From Tubiluchus corallicola (lineage: Eukaryota > Animalia > Priapulida), in NCBI GenBank assembly GCA_030141605.1, contig JAQGDQ010000054.1:558001-622000 (forward strand): a stretch of DNA of 64,000 nt, written 5' to 3'. This document shows, in pieces, positions 40,034 to 54,620 of this stretch (positions within the stretch are counted from its first letter, which is position 1; each line of letters starts with the position of its first letter). The notes beneath the pieces were generated by a model. It saw only the letters and a list, made by a program, of their open reading frames with translations, did no database searches and was not told the DNA's origin. The translations under genes and the position numbers were made by a program.

Positions 40034-43000
40034 ATGCAGACCCTAATGAACGTCTCGCAAACTTCGCTTTCCATTTTGTCAGAACTACAGCAAACAAAAA
40101 GAATGCAGTTGAGTGAAACTGTAAAAGCAAATGCTTCCCCTTATTGATAGCAACCTATTTTATTTTTCTGTGAAGCTGGTTAGCTAATTTTGCACTCTGC
40201 ATTGTCCTGGGTCAGCCTATATCTAAAAGGGATATTTAAAAACTGCTTTGCGCCTTCACGAAACTCCAAATCTTTAGCTTTCTGTAGTTGTCACAACCGC
40301 AAATATTTTGAATAAGGAATTGATAGCAAAGGATAAGCCATATGATAATAACACAAAATTGAATTCTTAATGTCAAGTACAGATACAATTATTAATGAAA
40401 AATGCCACGTTAGGGAAAAAGCATAAAACACGAAATTTCAACCGTCAGGTTAAGAAAGGAAAAATCACAAGAAATTAACTAAATACCAATCCTTCTTCAG
40501 GGTTTTATACTATTAGTACAAACAGAAAATATCGCACTTAAAGAGCACACAACCACAGAGAATGAGAACCACAATGATAACACAGAAACATAAAATCTCT
40601 AGCCACAGTCACACTATCTTAGATTGAGATCCAAAATTTACGTGGTAGTTGGCAGAGAACAATTTGTTATTTATAAGAAAAAGCTGGGGCAAACCAAAAT
40701 GGTAATTAGCAACGGGGTGGGGGAGTATAAGACAAATAAATAAAACTCTTTTGTGATGAGTTGTCAGCGGCTAAGGATGACCACAACCAAAGCTTTAGAA
40801 AACACTAATCATTCATATCAGTATTTAGTCTTTTTTTCTAAGTCGACAAATATGTGTGTATCTGCTTTAATTTTTGACAAGAGCATCAAGATAACTTAAG
40901 CGGAACACTAATCAAAGTACAGCAATGTGTAAATGAGTCAGCTAGTTGCTACTCTTCAGGGGCAGCACATATGGAAACCGTATAAGTACCACACTTAACG
41001 GTCTCATAATTATTGCGTCATATGTAATAAATAATTAAAGCAAGTGAATTAACACTATATACCATTAGCAAGTCATTCGCGGAACAACTGAATTGCTGAT
41101 TGTCGGGTGATATGAGAGTCATGACTACGGAAGTTGCAATTGTTTAATTAATCAGTCAGCACATGAGTGCTAGTACTGCTAATACGACAAACGGTGGGTC
41201 GTCATTCTATCTGGAACTTTCTTCCTCACAAGAATATAGCCTTAACTTTTCATTTTTTTCTCATTGAATGTTTATAGATTTTTATTTATAAAAACCGATA
41301 ACAACAGTTTCCAGTTTTTTTAAGTGTTCTTGGTTTAAACTAAACTTTACTAGACCCAGGCAAGCAACACGAATCGGGCTTTCATGAAACACGTTGTTAC
41401 CTTGGCCACATAAACAGCTTGAAGAGCACTGTATACTAATATTGATTCAGATTCATGCGAACAATAATTTGCATGTCAATTTTAATGCCACAGCCCGTTT
41501 GGTAGTTTTTATTAGAATTTGTGACATTGTTGGAATTTGTAGTCAAATTTGGTAGTAGTTGGTATTCCAATTTGACGAGGAGCTTTGGATTTCTTAATTA
41601 CATATAACCATTTTAGCATTTATAGAATCTGTTTGTTGGTCAAGCTTGGTTGTAGATTTAATATTTTAAGACTTTCGTGAAATTAAATCAAGGTCATTTA
41701 GGCAGCACACGTGCAAGAAACATGCCAAAGTTCTTCTTGCACTTTAGCGAAAACGTTGGGTCTTTTTACGTTGATATTGGTTTCTGTCAGATCCCAACAT
41801 GTGGAAGTTTTGCGAACAGATTCCGATAGAATCACATATGCATGGACAGCACTGGTATTAGGCAAGGGAGTCAAACGTCGCAACTAATACGTATTTTGCA
41901 CGGTACATTATGAGTCATTTTATCCATTAAGCGCTTTGTCGCAACGTATGTCAAAAGTTGTAATAATTACTGAAAATTAAACTTGACATCCGACGGTTCC
42001 ATTAAGCGCTACAGGCTTACATTACAACAGAATGTTGGAAGAATAGCGCTAGCAGTAGTAATTGTAGTTCTTTCTGAAACTACAAAGTGCTGCACTCCTG
42101 TCTGAAAACTATACAAAAGTGCAGCATGAAAGGCTAAAAGTGTGCATTTACTCACTGTTCTAAAGAGTGCCGTTAGGCTTTATGTAAAAAACCGTGCAAG
42201 GGATTATTTATTTGTGAGGCATGATAAGGTTAAATCAATAGGCATAGGCTAAATATATTCATTATTAATATACATGTCATGCCCCTTTTTAGAAAATGGC
42301 GGGGAAATAGTGCGATGTACCTTCATAAAATGGTACAAGCAATGATCCAAAGATATTTATTTAAATTATTGAATTATCATTAAAAAATGAAAGACTTCAA
42401 ATAGCAATAAGTTTAAATTTTCTAATCTTGCATGCTTAAGGATGCCAACTTACGTACCTTTGTAAATGCGACTGTTTTAGCTTGCTGTTGATGAAAATTA
42501 TGCAAGTAAACTGGCACAATTATTTTATTAACTGTCACAGCTTTTGATCGAGTTTCTTACCATTTGATCAATTTGCTAGAGAATACAATTTATTTAATTT
42601 AACCTTTGGAATACTGGGGATGTGAGTCACGGCTTTCACGATTTGGGTTTCCATGATTTGCATTTTGTACTACGTTTCTTTAAGAATTCTTTTACGTGTC
42701 TGTCATATTAGCTTCGCTTGCTTGACAGAAAGCTCAATGAGTTTGTTGAACATAAAGCTTTGTCTTCTAACTCACCTTAATCTTTTCTTCTTCAAAAGAG
42801 CGGATACAACGTTGTTAGCGGTTTACTATTGTCTATCGTTGTCTATTATCTATAAACTATTGCCTACTGTTAGCGGTGTATATTGGTTTAAACAATATTT
42901 TTATTTGATAAAAAGCACTAGAAACGTAAGTACATTTGTAATAAAAAACAGAGGGTAATTAATCAAATGCTGATTGGCTAACAGGTAAAACCTATAAAAA

Positions 43001-44895
43001 AGCCTTTCAGTGAGTAGATACATCATTTATAAGCTAAGCACACGATTACAAGAACTGAAAGTTATGCATTAAGTAGAGCGCAATTGAGAAAGAACATAGT
43101 GTACATTATGGAGAGGGAGTCTCTTTTCGGACTGTTAATTCTCCCCATATGGAACAAGGTGTATGGTTTGTTTCTTGCCCAGGAAGTAGGCCTGTTAAAT
43201 TTCTTACGTGAAGTTGAAAAGTTAAAGGTCAAGAGAACAACACGGCTTCTCTAAAAGTTCTTTGGCCTCTAAAAATATTTCCAAATTTGCGAAACGATGC
43301 CACAGTAATTGGGATGTGGTCTGTGTACTGTGTTATTGTGATCACGTAAGCCCAAATGGCGAAATACTAGACAGCGGGTCAAGAGCTGAAAAGAAGTGAA
43401 TTAATAACATTGTGTTACGTTATGAATTGTTCTTGTTACTTTTCAAATTGAACTGTAGTTCACCAAATGAAGGCATTTGGCCTTTCGATGGCCTATCCAC
43501 TTTACAAATCGGAGTATCTGTCATCTCAAAGAAGCCATGTCTGTCTAGTTTCTTGTATGAACTCGTGCGTTCGTGGTAAGTGCAGGAGTGGTTAGTTAAT
43601 TCAATGCTCGAATGCAGCTAGGAGCTCGTAGTCAAGTGGTCTGGGACCCTTACCCACTCTGCAGACAGTTCAACGTCCGAGAAATGACCGGTTGTATGTT
43701 GATTAATCCGGACTATGCAGTTGCTTGAGTTTGACTTATATTTCTTAGCAGTCTGGTTACTTTTATTAAGTTTTACTCAATTTTTGGGTTTTTGCAACTC
43801 GAATCTGCTGCATGAGATATTGACAGCAACAATTGAAAACTTGGATTCTTTGACTTTCAAATTACATTTAGTTTTTCATTAAAGTTTTCATTTATCGAAC
43901 CACCGCCGTTGACTTTGTAAAATATTCAGCTTGCTAGCCGGAGTGCGTCTAAGGTCAACTGATTTTACATTTAACTGTTGGCATATTGCGCACAACAACT
44001 TTTGTGGCCTCGTTCGCAGATCTTGGAGAAAACATGCGCTGATTTTTTCCATTTCATTATGTTAGGCATCCAGTTTCCCACTTTTGAGTTCGTGTTAACT
44101 CGCAAACGCAAAGGGCTAATAAAGCTACGAAACTTATAGGATAGATACCTAGTGTAAGGGGCTTGAAAGTGCTGTGGTGAGCTGTGGCCTCTGTTAAAAG
44201 GTCAAGGGTACTGGACATGATTGCTTCAATTTTTCGGTCAGATACAAATGCGAATTTGAAAAGTTAAAGATCAAAAGCACAACACGACTTCCATAAAATT
44301 CATAAAAACGTGCAGTTTTTCGAAGGTCATTTAACTCCTCTAGTTTGAAAATTACATTCAATTTGTATTAAGTATTTGTATGCATAAGTATTTCAGTAAT
44401 GTGGGGTAGGGCTTTTTAGACTTATAAGGGTACGAAATAAGGGTCAAAATGTGAAATTCGACTTTTAATTCATATTAGTTCGCAAACATCGTGAAACTGG
44501 TGTGGTGAACGGGGATCTTCGTCAGAGGATCAAAGACACTGGATGAAACCGAAAAAGGGGTCGAAATGTGAAAACACAGCAAACTGTTCAATCATACATT
44601 AGTAACCTGGATACAGTCAAGTGATAATTAGTTACGAGCAGCGTGCACACTGATTAGTCACACTTGAGCATAATAATCTACAAGTATTGACAAAAGTTAA
44701 CCACACTCGACCAAGTATAGTTAGCTTTTAACATCATCACGTTGTTACTCTGGGGATTTGTTTTAACATGAAACTTATTGTACATAAAATAATTCGGTTG
44801 CGTATATAAAACTGAAGCATCGCTTTTACAAAATAAATTAGAACTTAGAATTGCTTTTAAAAACCCTTAACCTTGCAAACACTTAACTCTCCTTG

Positions 44896-44981
44896 CCTCT
44901 CTTCTCTCTCTTCCTCTCGTTCTCTGTCTCTCTCATCTCTCTCTCTGTCTCTCTTTCTGTCTCCCTCCTTTTTTTGTCTCT

Positions 44982-45053
<72 letters not shown>
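44896..45053. repeat. (TC)n microsatellite with a degenerate 5' part
   Basis: Pyrimidine tract ending in a perfect (TC)n run. Confidence 0.9.
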
Positions 45054-45056
<3 letters not shown>

Positions 45057-45705
45057 GCTCTATGAATTTCTGAGCCACATTCACTACTCTGCACTATTTC
45101 GCTGTAAAATTCAAAATACCTATATCAAATGTAGCTGATTAGCTACTTGTACTACCGAAACAAAACCATATGCTGCGATGGGTTATGCTAAATGCATATG
45201 CAGTCTCCTGGGTTGCTATCAGCTGTGTTGAAGCCATGCTCACTCAGGCCCCTGTGCCCAGTTCCTCGCTGATATGTTTCAATCACCCGTCTCCGAGTTT
45301 GCATTCTAAACATAAATGTTCTGCACAGTGCACATGTCCACAATAATTTGCTCTTGTCGCCCTTTCAATACGTATCCTTACTAAGCGTTCAAAGCGTCTC
45401 ATAAATATTCATCGGCCCATGAGGCCATACAAATTAATATGACTTGCAGAAATGGGAGCGCAATGGTAGACGTGTATTTATAAAGCATGTACAAGTATCA
45501 ACAATATAGCATTTCATCATTAGTGACGCTAATGTGCAGCTATGCCAATTCTGAGAATTTAAATTACTCATAAATTACATAGTGATTAAAACGTAAATTA
45601 TTGTTTGTGTAAATCAAGTGGTGATAAAAGTGATGTTGAAACGTGCATAATATATATGCTTCTATAGCAGTACCATAAAAACTGTGAGAAGCCCACAGCG
45701 ACAGT

Positions 45706-45804
45706 ATGCTGTCCAGCATTATCTCTCGATCAGGTGGATCAAAACAGAAAAGTAGCAGTTCAAAAGATCACCGAGGAGTAAGACTGAACAGTCCAACGGA
45801 AGAG
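45706..45804 (+). CDS. Candidate alternative first coding exon C (MLSSIISRSGGSKQKSSSSKDHRGVRLNSPTEE)
   Basis: cagtATG, 33 open codons with protein-like composition, consensus phase-0 donor GAG|gtgagt. Confidence 0.55.
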
Positions 45805-48344
45805 GTGAGTAATGTGACTTATTATGTTTTAGAACGAGAATCCGGAAAAGTTACATGTAAATTTGACACTCATTTTATGCAAGTGACCTCAAACAAGGCC
45901 AATAGCCACTCAAGGCAAGAGGCTACAGTGAAAAGGTGAAGAAAGTTCAAAATGTCCAGAGAAATAGAATTCATATAGGTAATTTGTGAATGATAGAATG
46001 AAGCTGTTGATATTTTTCTTGAATGGTGTGAAGTTGCAATTTTCAATGAAACAACTTCCTGGTAGAAAATTCCGCAGACCAAAAGCAGGAGAGAAAAAAT
46101 TAAACAGTTCTTCGATATCTAGGAATGTAAATAGTAAGATTGTGAACAGCAGAAAAAAGATTACTACTAAAAAAATATAGGCGTTTACGAACTATTGACG
46201 AGAAGTCGAAAGTTTCCAAAACTTTTGCATTCCTGTAATTACTTCTCTTAATTCGAAGAAAGCTAATAACTACGCTTTTACTGGTGGCAAAGTATAATAA
46301 TGTTTTTATTAATTACAAAGTGAGTAGCTGCGGCGTCAAGCAAATAGTTCACGTTTTGGTCGTCTACGTTTTAATACTTTAAAACTGGTTCATATCTTGT
46401 TTTATGTAGTCTAATTTATGTTAGTCGTGTAATCAAAAAGAGAAGCTGAAAGTTGTAGCATATATTTTATTCAGGAATTTATTTTTACCTGTATCAGACA
46501 CACGAGTAAAAACTATTGCTGAACTACAGTATTATTTCACTTTCAAAATAGCAGTCTTGTTTACGTACTTGGCACTACGTAACGAAAAGCTAAGATCAGC
46601 AGTTGTTCTACCTTACACCGTCAGCAAAGTTGCAAGGAGGTTGCGCAACAGTCGTAACTACCCAAGTGTAGATGCACTCTATTTTTCCGATAATTAATTA
46701 CAAACTCGGTTTATTCATTTTGCTCTGTCTACCTATTATTATCATTTGGGCGTCAGAAAGAGCTGACTAAAGGTTTGCTAATAACTATATACGATATTAA
46801 CTTCCTTTTAGTGAAACGTTGGCGCATGAAGCCGTACAATTTTACGCAGCTAAAGAAAACTGTTAATCCAGACTAAGATTTTCTTCTGTCATAATGCCGT
46901 AGCCTGTATCGCCATTTAGCACTACTGGTGCTAAAAAGTACAGCTATTACATAATTTGTAGTCGATAGTGACTACTGTGCAGTTTTTAGATTTGATTTCC
47001 TGCTTCGGAAGTTTCGTCAAAAACTCGTTCACTGTACCGAGATCAGTTAATCGTTACTCTTACAATGATCTTTTTCATATTACCTAGTATTACTTATAAT
47101 TATTTGTGACCATTACCTGTTGCACACACAAAATTCTGCTTTTATGTTTGCGGCGACATCTATCGATCGGCATGTGAAATGTATTCAAAGCTTTCTTATT
47201 TTAGCGGCAGGCCGCCGGATGCCGCTGCGTCACCGTTGAAATATACACCCATGATATTTAATCGATAACCGTATCAACAAAAGCTTTCCTTTGTCTTAGT
47301 TTCCCGATAACAGGTTTCTTTGCTTGTTATTTAGCTTAGAGGCAATTAAAATACTCTTAAATTTAGTCTCTGCTTTAATACGCCAAAGTTCACGTTTTAG
47401 CATGCATTATCTGCTTTTGAAATTAGATTAGATTAGATTAGATTAATATTGTTTATTGATCCGAAGAAAATTCGCTGTGGCTTTATCACACATTAATAAC
47501 AAAACTTGCAATTTTCATTATCACGTAACATTACTGTTGCATAACTCTCTATTAGCTCTAAAGCAATAAAACTGGATCAAAACGTTTAATTTGGTAGATT
47601 ATGCATGTAATTGAATAATAAACTGAATTTATTATACACGAACAAAAAGAACAACTTGTAAGAAAACATCAAAACATTTATTTTTCTCTTGTTAACATGC
47701 TTTTAACAGATGTTACTCTTGCGAAGTTTTCTCACTTGCCCCTGAGTCTCATATCATAACCTTCTGTTGAGCGAACCGACTCGGGTTACTGAGAAAACTT
47801 TCCCAAGAACGTGTAGTTTTACCCCGTTTCAAGTTTATCTCAAACTTTTGAAAAAATATTGAGTGGTAGTGTGCGTATTTTATGTCCTGGTATACATTTA
47901 AGTAACTCCAACTCTGTTTAGGACATTTACTCACACTCACACGGTTTACCTAGTTGTACTGTTATAGTTTACCTCCAATGTGGTCCTCACAACATTTACA
48001 CGTTTAACCAGTTGCTAAAGAAGCTGTTTACTCAGACTTTATCAGAATGAAACTGTTTCTATTGTGACAGGTCAGTAGTGAAATGGATTTGCTCATAATT
48101 GGAACAGCTTATTAAAGTTTGGTACTTTCTTCACACTGAGACAGTTTACTGAAACGCAGATGTTTACTCAAATTAAAATGATTTGTGTCAAGAAACCTGA
48201 TTTTGTTCTACTGTTTTGTGGCAAAAACCGTTTCGCTTACCAGCGATAGATGTCACTTAAATCGAACTAACAAAGGCCTACTATCAAAGGGGCACTAATA
48301 CTCTCAATATTACTTCTGTTCTATCAGTGGTATTTTTGATGCAG

Positions 48345-48840
48345 TAAATTGAATTGAATTATTTCTTTATTGCGGTATCTAGTCTATAAAACACAAATAC
48401 ATAAAATACATACAGGGATAAAATCGCTACTAAAAACTAACTTAACAGTGTAATACATGGGTATTATTACGAATGGCTGTTACAAATAAAACTGTTCTCC
48501 ATTTGCTAAAAATAAAAAAAAAATCATACTGATATCAGCATTTAAACTAAATCGTATAAAAATACTACTAGAGTGATCTAATCGATTTTTAAAAGAATAA
48601 ACAGCTTTTCGTGTAATTACGTCAAAGTGGTGAATTTGTAGGTTGACACACGTTTGACTAGCGCTGTAATCATACGGCAATGAAAACGGCTTTCTTACAC
48701 ACTTGTTATAGGTAATTTTCAGCTCTTTAATAATATAAGCATTGTAATTTCTCCACAATGGATACCATAGACATTTGTGCAATAAGTTTTAAATAATTGT
48801 ATTTTAACATTTTTACTACAAAATGCAAAATTCTAATAAG
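48345..48840 (-). mobile_element. LINE 3' end (RTEX-like) with AATAAA and a short (ATTCA)n tail
   Basis: ORF LWRNY...LKITYNKCVRKPFSLPYDYSASQ...RKAVYSFKNRLDHS; the minus strand ends aataaagaaataattcaattcaatt. Confidence 0.65.
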
Positions 48841-50078
48841 AATGTTTGCTCCAACAGCAAGAAGACATTTATGCCTCGCAATACAGTATCCTCATTTTCA
48901 GGGGCCAAATTTGTTATGCCCTAGATATTTATCCGAAAATACAGGTTAATTACAGAACCTTTGTAACGAATGTCAGCAAAAGGTATCGATTTCATATTTT
49001 TAAATCTTTAAATTTTGCATATTGTACAAAGTTGAGGCGAACGTGAATTCGGGGCGAGACCATAAAATTCCGGCGAAGGAGGGCGGGCGCAAAAATCGAA
49101 GCGTACCTGCTCGTCATTGCATCAGTTTCACTAAGCCGCTGGACTGTGCCTGGACAGACGGCTCCAACTTTACATATTTTCGTTCTTTTATTAAAATCAC
49201 TCGATCTTTATATCAGGTGTAACGTGATTACAATATTGGCTTCTTATCAGGTTCATTGAATATGCTGCGAGTGAAGGCGTCATAAACAGGTTTCTAATTC
49301 CTGTTGGTAGCGCATTGTCCGGATCACTTTAAATGTGTGCACCTCGGAAATCAATAGCTTGCGTGAGGATATACTGTTGAAGCTCATAGCTATTATGCTC
49401 GCCCTAATTAAATTTACTCGAAGTGTGAGCGTAACTGTGTCGAAAGAGACAAGAAACACCGCGCGCGGAAGTTGGTGTCAAGACAACTGTGAATTATTAA
49501 TGCTAATCAGTTATACTACTTACTACTTACTAATTCTACACATGAAAGAAATACTAAATTAAAAGGTGCGAAGAATTTTGCCAATCCACTGGGACCAGTT
49601 TTGAATCGATCTATGACACTAATAAAACAAACAACAATGAAGTGAATGTGATTTAAATAACTGTTGGAGAGCAAGAAACTGTTACAAGAAAAACCAAAGA
49701 TATTAGGCTCTGCACAGTCCAAGAACCCGGGCCAGACATTCTTGTCATTGTAAAATACTCCTCGCGAAACAACAACATCCACCCAACGTTTTCCAGCTGC
49801 GCGAAACCTTTCCAGGTTTTGGAAAATATTAGCAGTCCTCCAAGGATTTCTTCGTTGAACCAAATCTATTGAGCGTGTGCAGTATCGCTTGTGCGCAGCG
49901 CTTCCAACGCTTGGCTTATGCCATGAGTTAGGACAGATTGAGCTTATAATAATAGTGCTATTTATCTAATCTGTGCTGTACCTTGCCCATGAAATCAGAA
50001 GATCAACTTGGTTAGTCGAGTGAGCCTCCTTTGCTTAAACTACAGGCTGTGTTAATTGGAATTTGCAGGACTGCAGCC

Positions 50079-50129
50079 ATGACTACCGAAAAAGCTAAAG
50101 AAGCAAAGGCACAAACAGGCGATGAGCAG
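50079..50129 (+). CDS. Candidate coding exon D (MTTEKAKEAKAQTGDEQ), first or internal
   Basis: Strong Kozak context gcagccATG, 17 codons, consensus phase-0 donor CAG|gtaagt. An upstream acceptor (tacag|50046) would extend it in frame by 11 codons. Confidence 0.6.
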
Positions 50130-50250
50130 GTAAGTCACGTGACATAATTCAGGTTCAGAGACTTAGTGGAATGAATGAATGAGCCTAATTTTTGGCTTCC
50201 GCAGCGGAAACATTAACACTGATGACCTTGTGATTGTTACAATGAGTAAC

Positions 50251-50360
50251 TATATATATATATATATATACTCATATATATATATATGATATATATTATA
50301 ACATGTCATAATAATATATATATTAATATATATATATATATTAATATATATATATTAATT
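50251..50360. repeat. (TA)-rich microsatellite
   Basis: Interrupted TA runs. Confidence 0.85.
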
Positions 50361-53300
50361 ACTCTTTATCGTTTTGATGAAATTCTCTTCACTGGACGAC
50401 ATTAGCCGCCAAACAAGATTGTTAAAATTAATCTGCTTTGCAAATTCAGTTGTGCCTAATTTTGCACATTATCCGTTTTGTTTGAGGGAAAATGGTAAAA
50501 ATGAGATATACTGGAAAGTAGATTTTACAAAGTAAATGTACAATTGTAACAATGAAAACAACCTACGCGATAAGTAGAAGGTAAACAACGTGATGAGTAA
50601 AATGCAGTCATAGCAGTACATAGCAGTCAGACTAAGAATTGGTGAAAACACCATGTAATACTAAAGCCTACAAAATTGTAAATTCACTACCTATATAGGG
50701 GTTGTGAAGTATTAGTGACGAATTATTAGTCAATTTTTTACAATCATTTTGCAAAAGCACCCAGTCTATTTTCAATTTTAGAAATGTTACAGAATTAATC
50801 AAAATCACTTCTATAACTCTAAATGTTAAGATAGCTAAAAAACCATGACTTAAAATTATATATTTGTAAACACTTATTTGGATCAGAGTATTATCATTAT
50901 AAAAATGGATCAAAATAGCAGACATAATTTAGAAACCGTTATTAATGCTGTTGCTCGCATATTCGCTGAGTAATTGAAACACAAAAGCTATTTTGCTCGT
51001 ATACAAACTTCGTTCTACCATATTTCATTTATGGATTTATGCACATTGTCAAAGCACATCCAACAAATAAAATTAACACGAATTATTACAAAATTACGCA
51101 CTGAGACTCATTACTGTAATTAATAACAGTTCATGGCGTAGCCAAATATAAAATATACAACTAGATTTAAATCTAGTCACTAATCAGATACTTAGAGAAA
51201 GGTTTAGTACGTCAATAATTCAATCTTATACATTCAATACTGCTCATTAGTAATCATCCTATTGGTCTCTAAGTAGGCCTACATAGTTAGGTTATGCAGG
51301 CAGAGCAAGCAGACATTTCTAAACAATAAATTACATTTCTATTTTCTGCAAGGTAACTATTAAGGTAATTTAAATCACAAAAGCTAGTTAATTGCATCAC
51401 ACTAGATGCTCAGTCAACGAGCATCTAAACAATCACGGTTGCAAGGATTAGTATTGGTAATATTGTTTGTCGTAGATGTATCTGTGGTTATCATACTCAA
51501 GATGTAAAACATTATTTGCTCGACTGCCCTTTGCATGCAGCGAGCTGAGTGCAGTTACAGTGAAATTTGTATGCTTCCAATGTCTTTCCAGTGAACATCA
51601 GTCCCATGAATCCATGTCATAAAATCTCTTCTATGTTTTCTGGCAATGTATTACTTAATTATGATCAAAATGTCCTTATATTTAACTTAGTTCAAAATTT
51701 TATTGGTGCTACTAAAAGATTTTTCAAAATGGCCGACCGCAATAATACTCCTTTCTCTAATCTTTTGCTTCAATCTATCTGACGTGTTCCTTCATCTTCC
51801 CCTAATTTATTTGTTGTTGTTGTTTAACTTACGCTTTGTTTTTATGATGCTGTAAACATCTGAGCTATTATCAACTTAATTGCTCTCCGCCAAAGATTAT
51901 TTTCGTTCAAAAAATATTTTATTTATAATTAAAGCTAGTTAACCCGAGAAGGCCTGCGAAAATAAATGTGATTTAAATTCCTTGAGATAAACTACAAACG
52001 AAGTTCAACTACGTAAAGTGAAGTATTTATTTATGAAATAAATTTCGTGTCTTTGCTGTTTACTTCTAGGTTGATACTTTTCTATGCAATTTAACAGTTT
52101 TTAAAATAAGCAGTCCAATATGGTCGCATGCAAACTGGAAATTTGACAAAGCAGAAATAGCAATAATAATTTGTTAGTTCAGTATTTTTAGACATAAAGA
52201 AACCAATTCTGAGAATAAATAGATAATTGATTTTTTTACTGTCTGCTCTTAACAAATTGAATTACCTGCTATTATGCTGTAAGGGGAACTCACTGACGCA
52301 TAGAAGAACAACACAGTCAATAAAAAATATAATGTAGTTTTGCGTTCGTTGACTTTATAGGCATACATGAGTGGTATTTTTTGAAAATAATTTAAATGCA
52401 TGCGGCCTGGTGTCTGAAAACATAATGAGAATGACGCACGATTTGTGCTTTTAGTGCGTTACAAAGTTATTCTCAAAAGTTCAGCCGCATCTATTTTAGC
52501 AAAGATTCGCGTACTTGTAGCTGCTGATATTCTTTTTTGAAAAAAATAATGTCAACGGCTTCTTTGTATATCCGAAAGTATTCAAATCGTACATGCATAA
52601 AAACGAAGCCATGAATTAATCAGTTTTTTAAGCTTCTGTCTTTAAAACTCGAGATGTGATAGTTATAAAGAAATTTTGTTTATTTGGTTGCTTGTTCGAT
52701 TGTTTGCCTGTTTCTTTCTGTGATTGATCAATTTGTAACCCAGAAAGTGCCACGAGTGTCCTTAACATTATCCAGAAAGTACACGAGTGCTTTAACATTA
52801 TCCCCATCTCCATCTTATATCAGTGTAAAGTTCTCCGACATGAGTTTGAAGACGTTTATTAAAATGGACCTTGCTAATTAAAACTGCTTGACGAGTTTTG
52901 AGTTGGAGGCTATGATCAGGTCATGTAGATGGCCCAGGGCTTCGCACTCAATTATTCATTTCATTTACAATATATGTCTAACTTTCATTTTGCAACGGTA
53001 TTGCACAGACACTAAACAGGGAACAGGTAGTTCGCATTCACAAAAAATTGAAACTTGTAACTATAACTTATCAACTTTTTTAGTATAAATAGTAGAATAC
53101 AGTCAAGAAAAGTGTGATTTAAGTTTTGAACTCGTAACGATTAAAAGCAATTCTTACGCAATTTAATTTGCTGATATAGGTTTGGCAGCATTTTATTCAC
53201 GTTTTGTTGTTCAAAATTATTTACAAAAAAGAACGTGTAAATGAGTATGAACTTTCAATGGTATTTGTTATTCGTAAGTTTAAAAGAATCATAATTGTAC

Positions 53301-54105
53301 ATTGTATAAATAGTCCTCTCTTTGACCGCCATAAATCTCTTTAAGCTTGTAAGCTGGCATTAAACAGTAATTAATTAGCTAAAGTATGTCACATCCCTTT
53401 ACCTATTGATTTTGTAAAAGCAATAGTCAGACAACCGTGCGAGTGGAACACTTCAGCTTGGGTTTATAATAACAACAATATTATAGTACAGCACACAGAG
53501 TAAAGCTCAAACATAAACGCCGTTATCCTATTGATTTTCCCACTCCTCCTGTTCTTTTGGCTTCACTAACTGTATAGTTGGACTTGGCTTCATTTTCCAC
53601 GTCCCAGTAGATTAACGGCAGTTTTAGCTTGTCTTAAAATTATTATGGTGCATAGTGTAGGTCCTTGAGCACGTGATTTACTGTTCTTCTGGGACATTAT
53701 TGTACAACAAAGCTCTTGTGTGGCAGCATCAGTCGTCTTTGGCTTCTCCGTGAAAAGCAGTCACTCCATTGTCTCACATACGTATTGAATGCACTCAGTT
53801 TCATTTTCACACACGATGCTTGTGTATCTTTTGAAAACACAAGAAAGAACACGTAAAGCTAAAAATATTTCTCTTGAAATTTTGTATCACGTACGTGCTG
53901 TGTTATTGCGCACAGAACTTGTGTTAGCAGCAAAAGTAATTTTTCTACCCCAAAAACCTCTCCTTGCAAAGTTGTTCCACCAAGCATTACGCATACCTGT
54001 TTGAAAGATATATGTAACGAGAAAAGAAAATTCTTAGTAATTTAAAATATTCGCGTCAACTGCTAAAACGTCACTGCTTCTTTATCGCAGTGTGCACCAA
54101 AATAC

Positions 54106-54106
<1 letters not shown>

Positions 54107-54144
<38 letters not shown>
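54107..54144. repeat. (TA)n microsatellite
   Basis: 19 perfect units. Confidence 0.9.
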
Positions 54145-54146
<2 letters not shown>

Positions 54147-54319
54147 AACACAGTGAACATTGAATTTGAACGTACAGATGCTAAATAAATCATTTTATAT
54201 TTACAATATATACGCACATTTACATTAAAACATTTTGATTTTACAAGATTATGGGCGGGGAAAAATGTAATCACTCTGATATAAATATTGTCGTTTTGGT
54301 ATACAGGATATTCAAAACT

Positions 54320-54620
54320 AGTTAAAACGTATTTTTTAATTTTTAATTTTAAAGTTTATCTAGCAACAAGTTAGATAAAGTTGCTGAATCTTTAACTTCT
54401 TTCGGTAAAGTATTCCATAATGAGATAGCTTGCTTTGATAAAGAATTATTTCCATATTTGTTGTTAGTTCTACTATTTATATATAGAAATATTAATGTTT
54501 GGTAGTCGCGGATTTTTAGTTTTTGCTTTAACGCTGTTGCCAAAAATCTTGATGTAGTTGATGATTTAAATGAATTGCAAAATTTTGCAAAAGATTTAAT
54601 TTAATAAATTGTTCCCTTTT
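54320..54620 (-). mobile_element. Decayed LINE ORF2 C-terminus (CR1/L2/Crack group)
   Basis: RTNNKYGNNSLSKQAISLWNTLPKEVKDSATL matches the typical ...YG..S....A..LWN.LP..IK.S.SL..FK motif. Confidence 0.6.

Noticed and set aside
43467-43581. ATG frame ending at G|gtaagt
   Set aside because: Phase 1, incompatible with the phase-0 set, and lies among repeat fragments.
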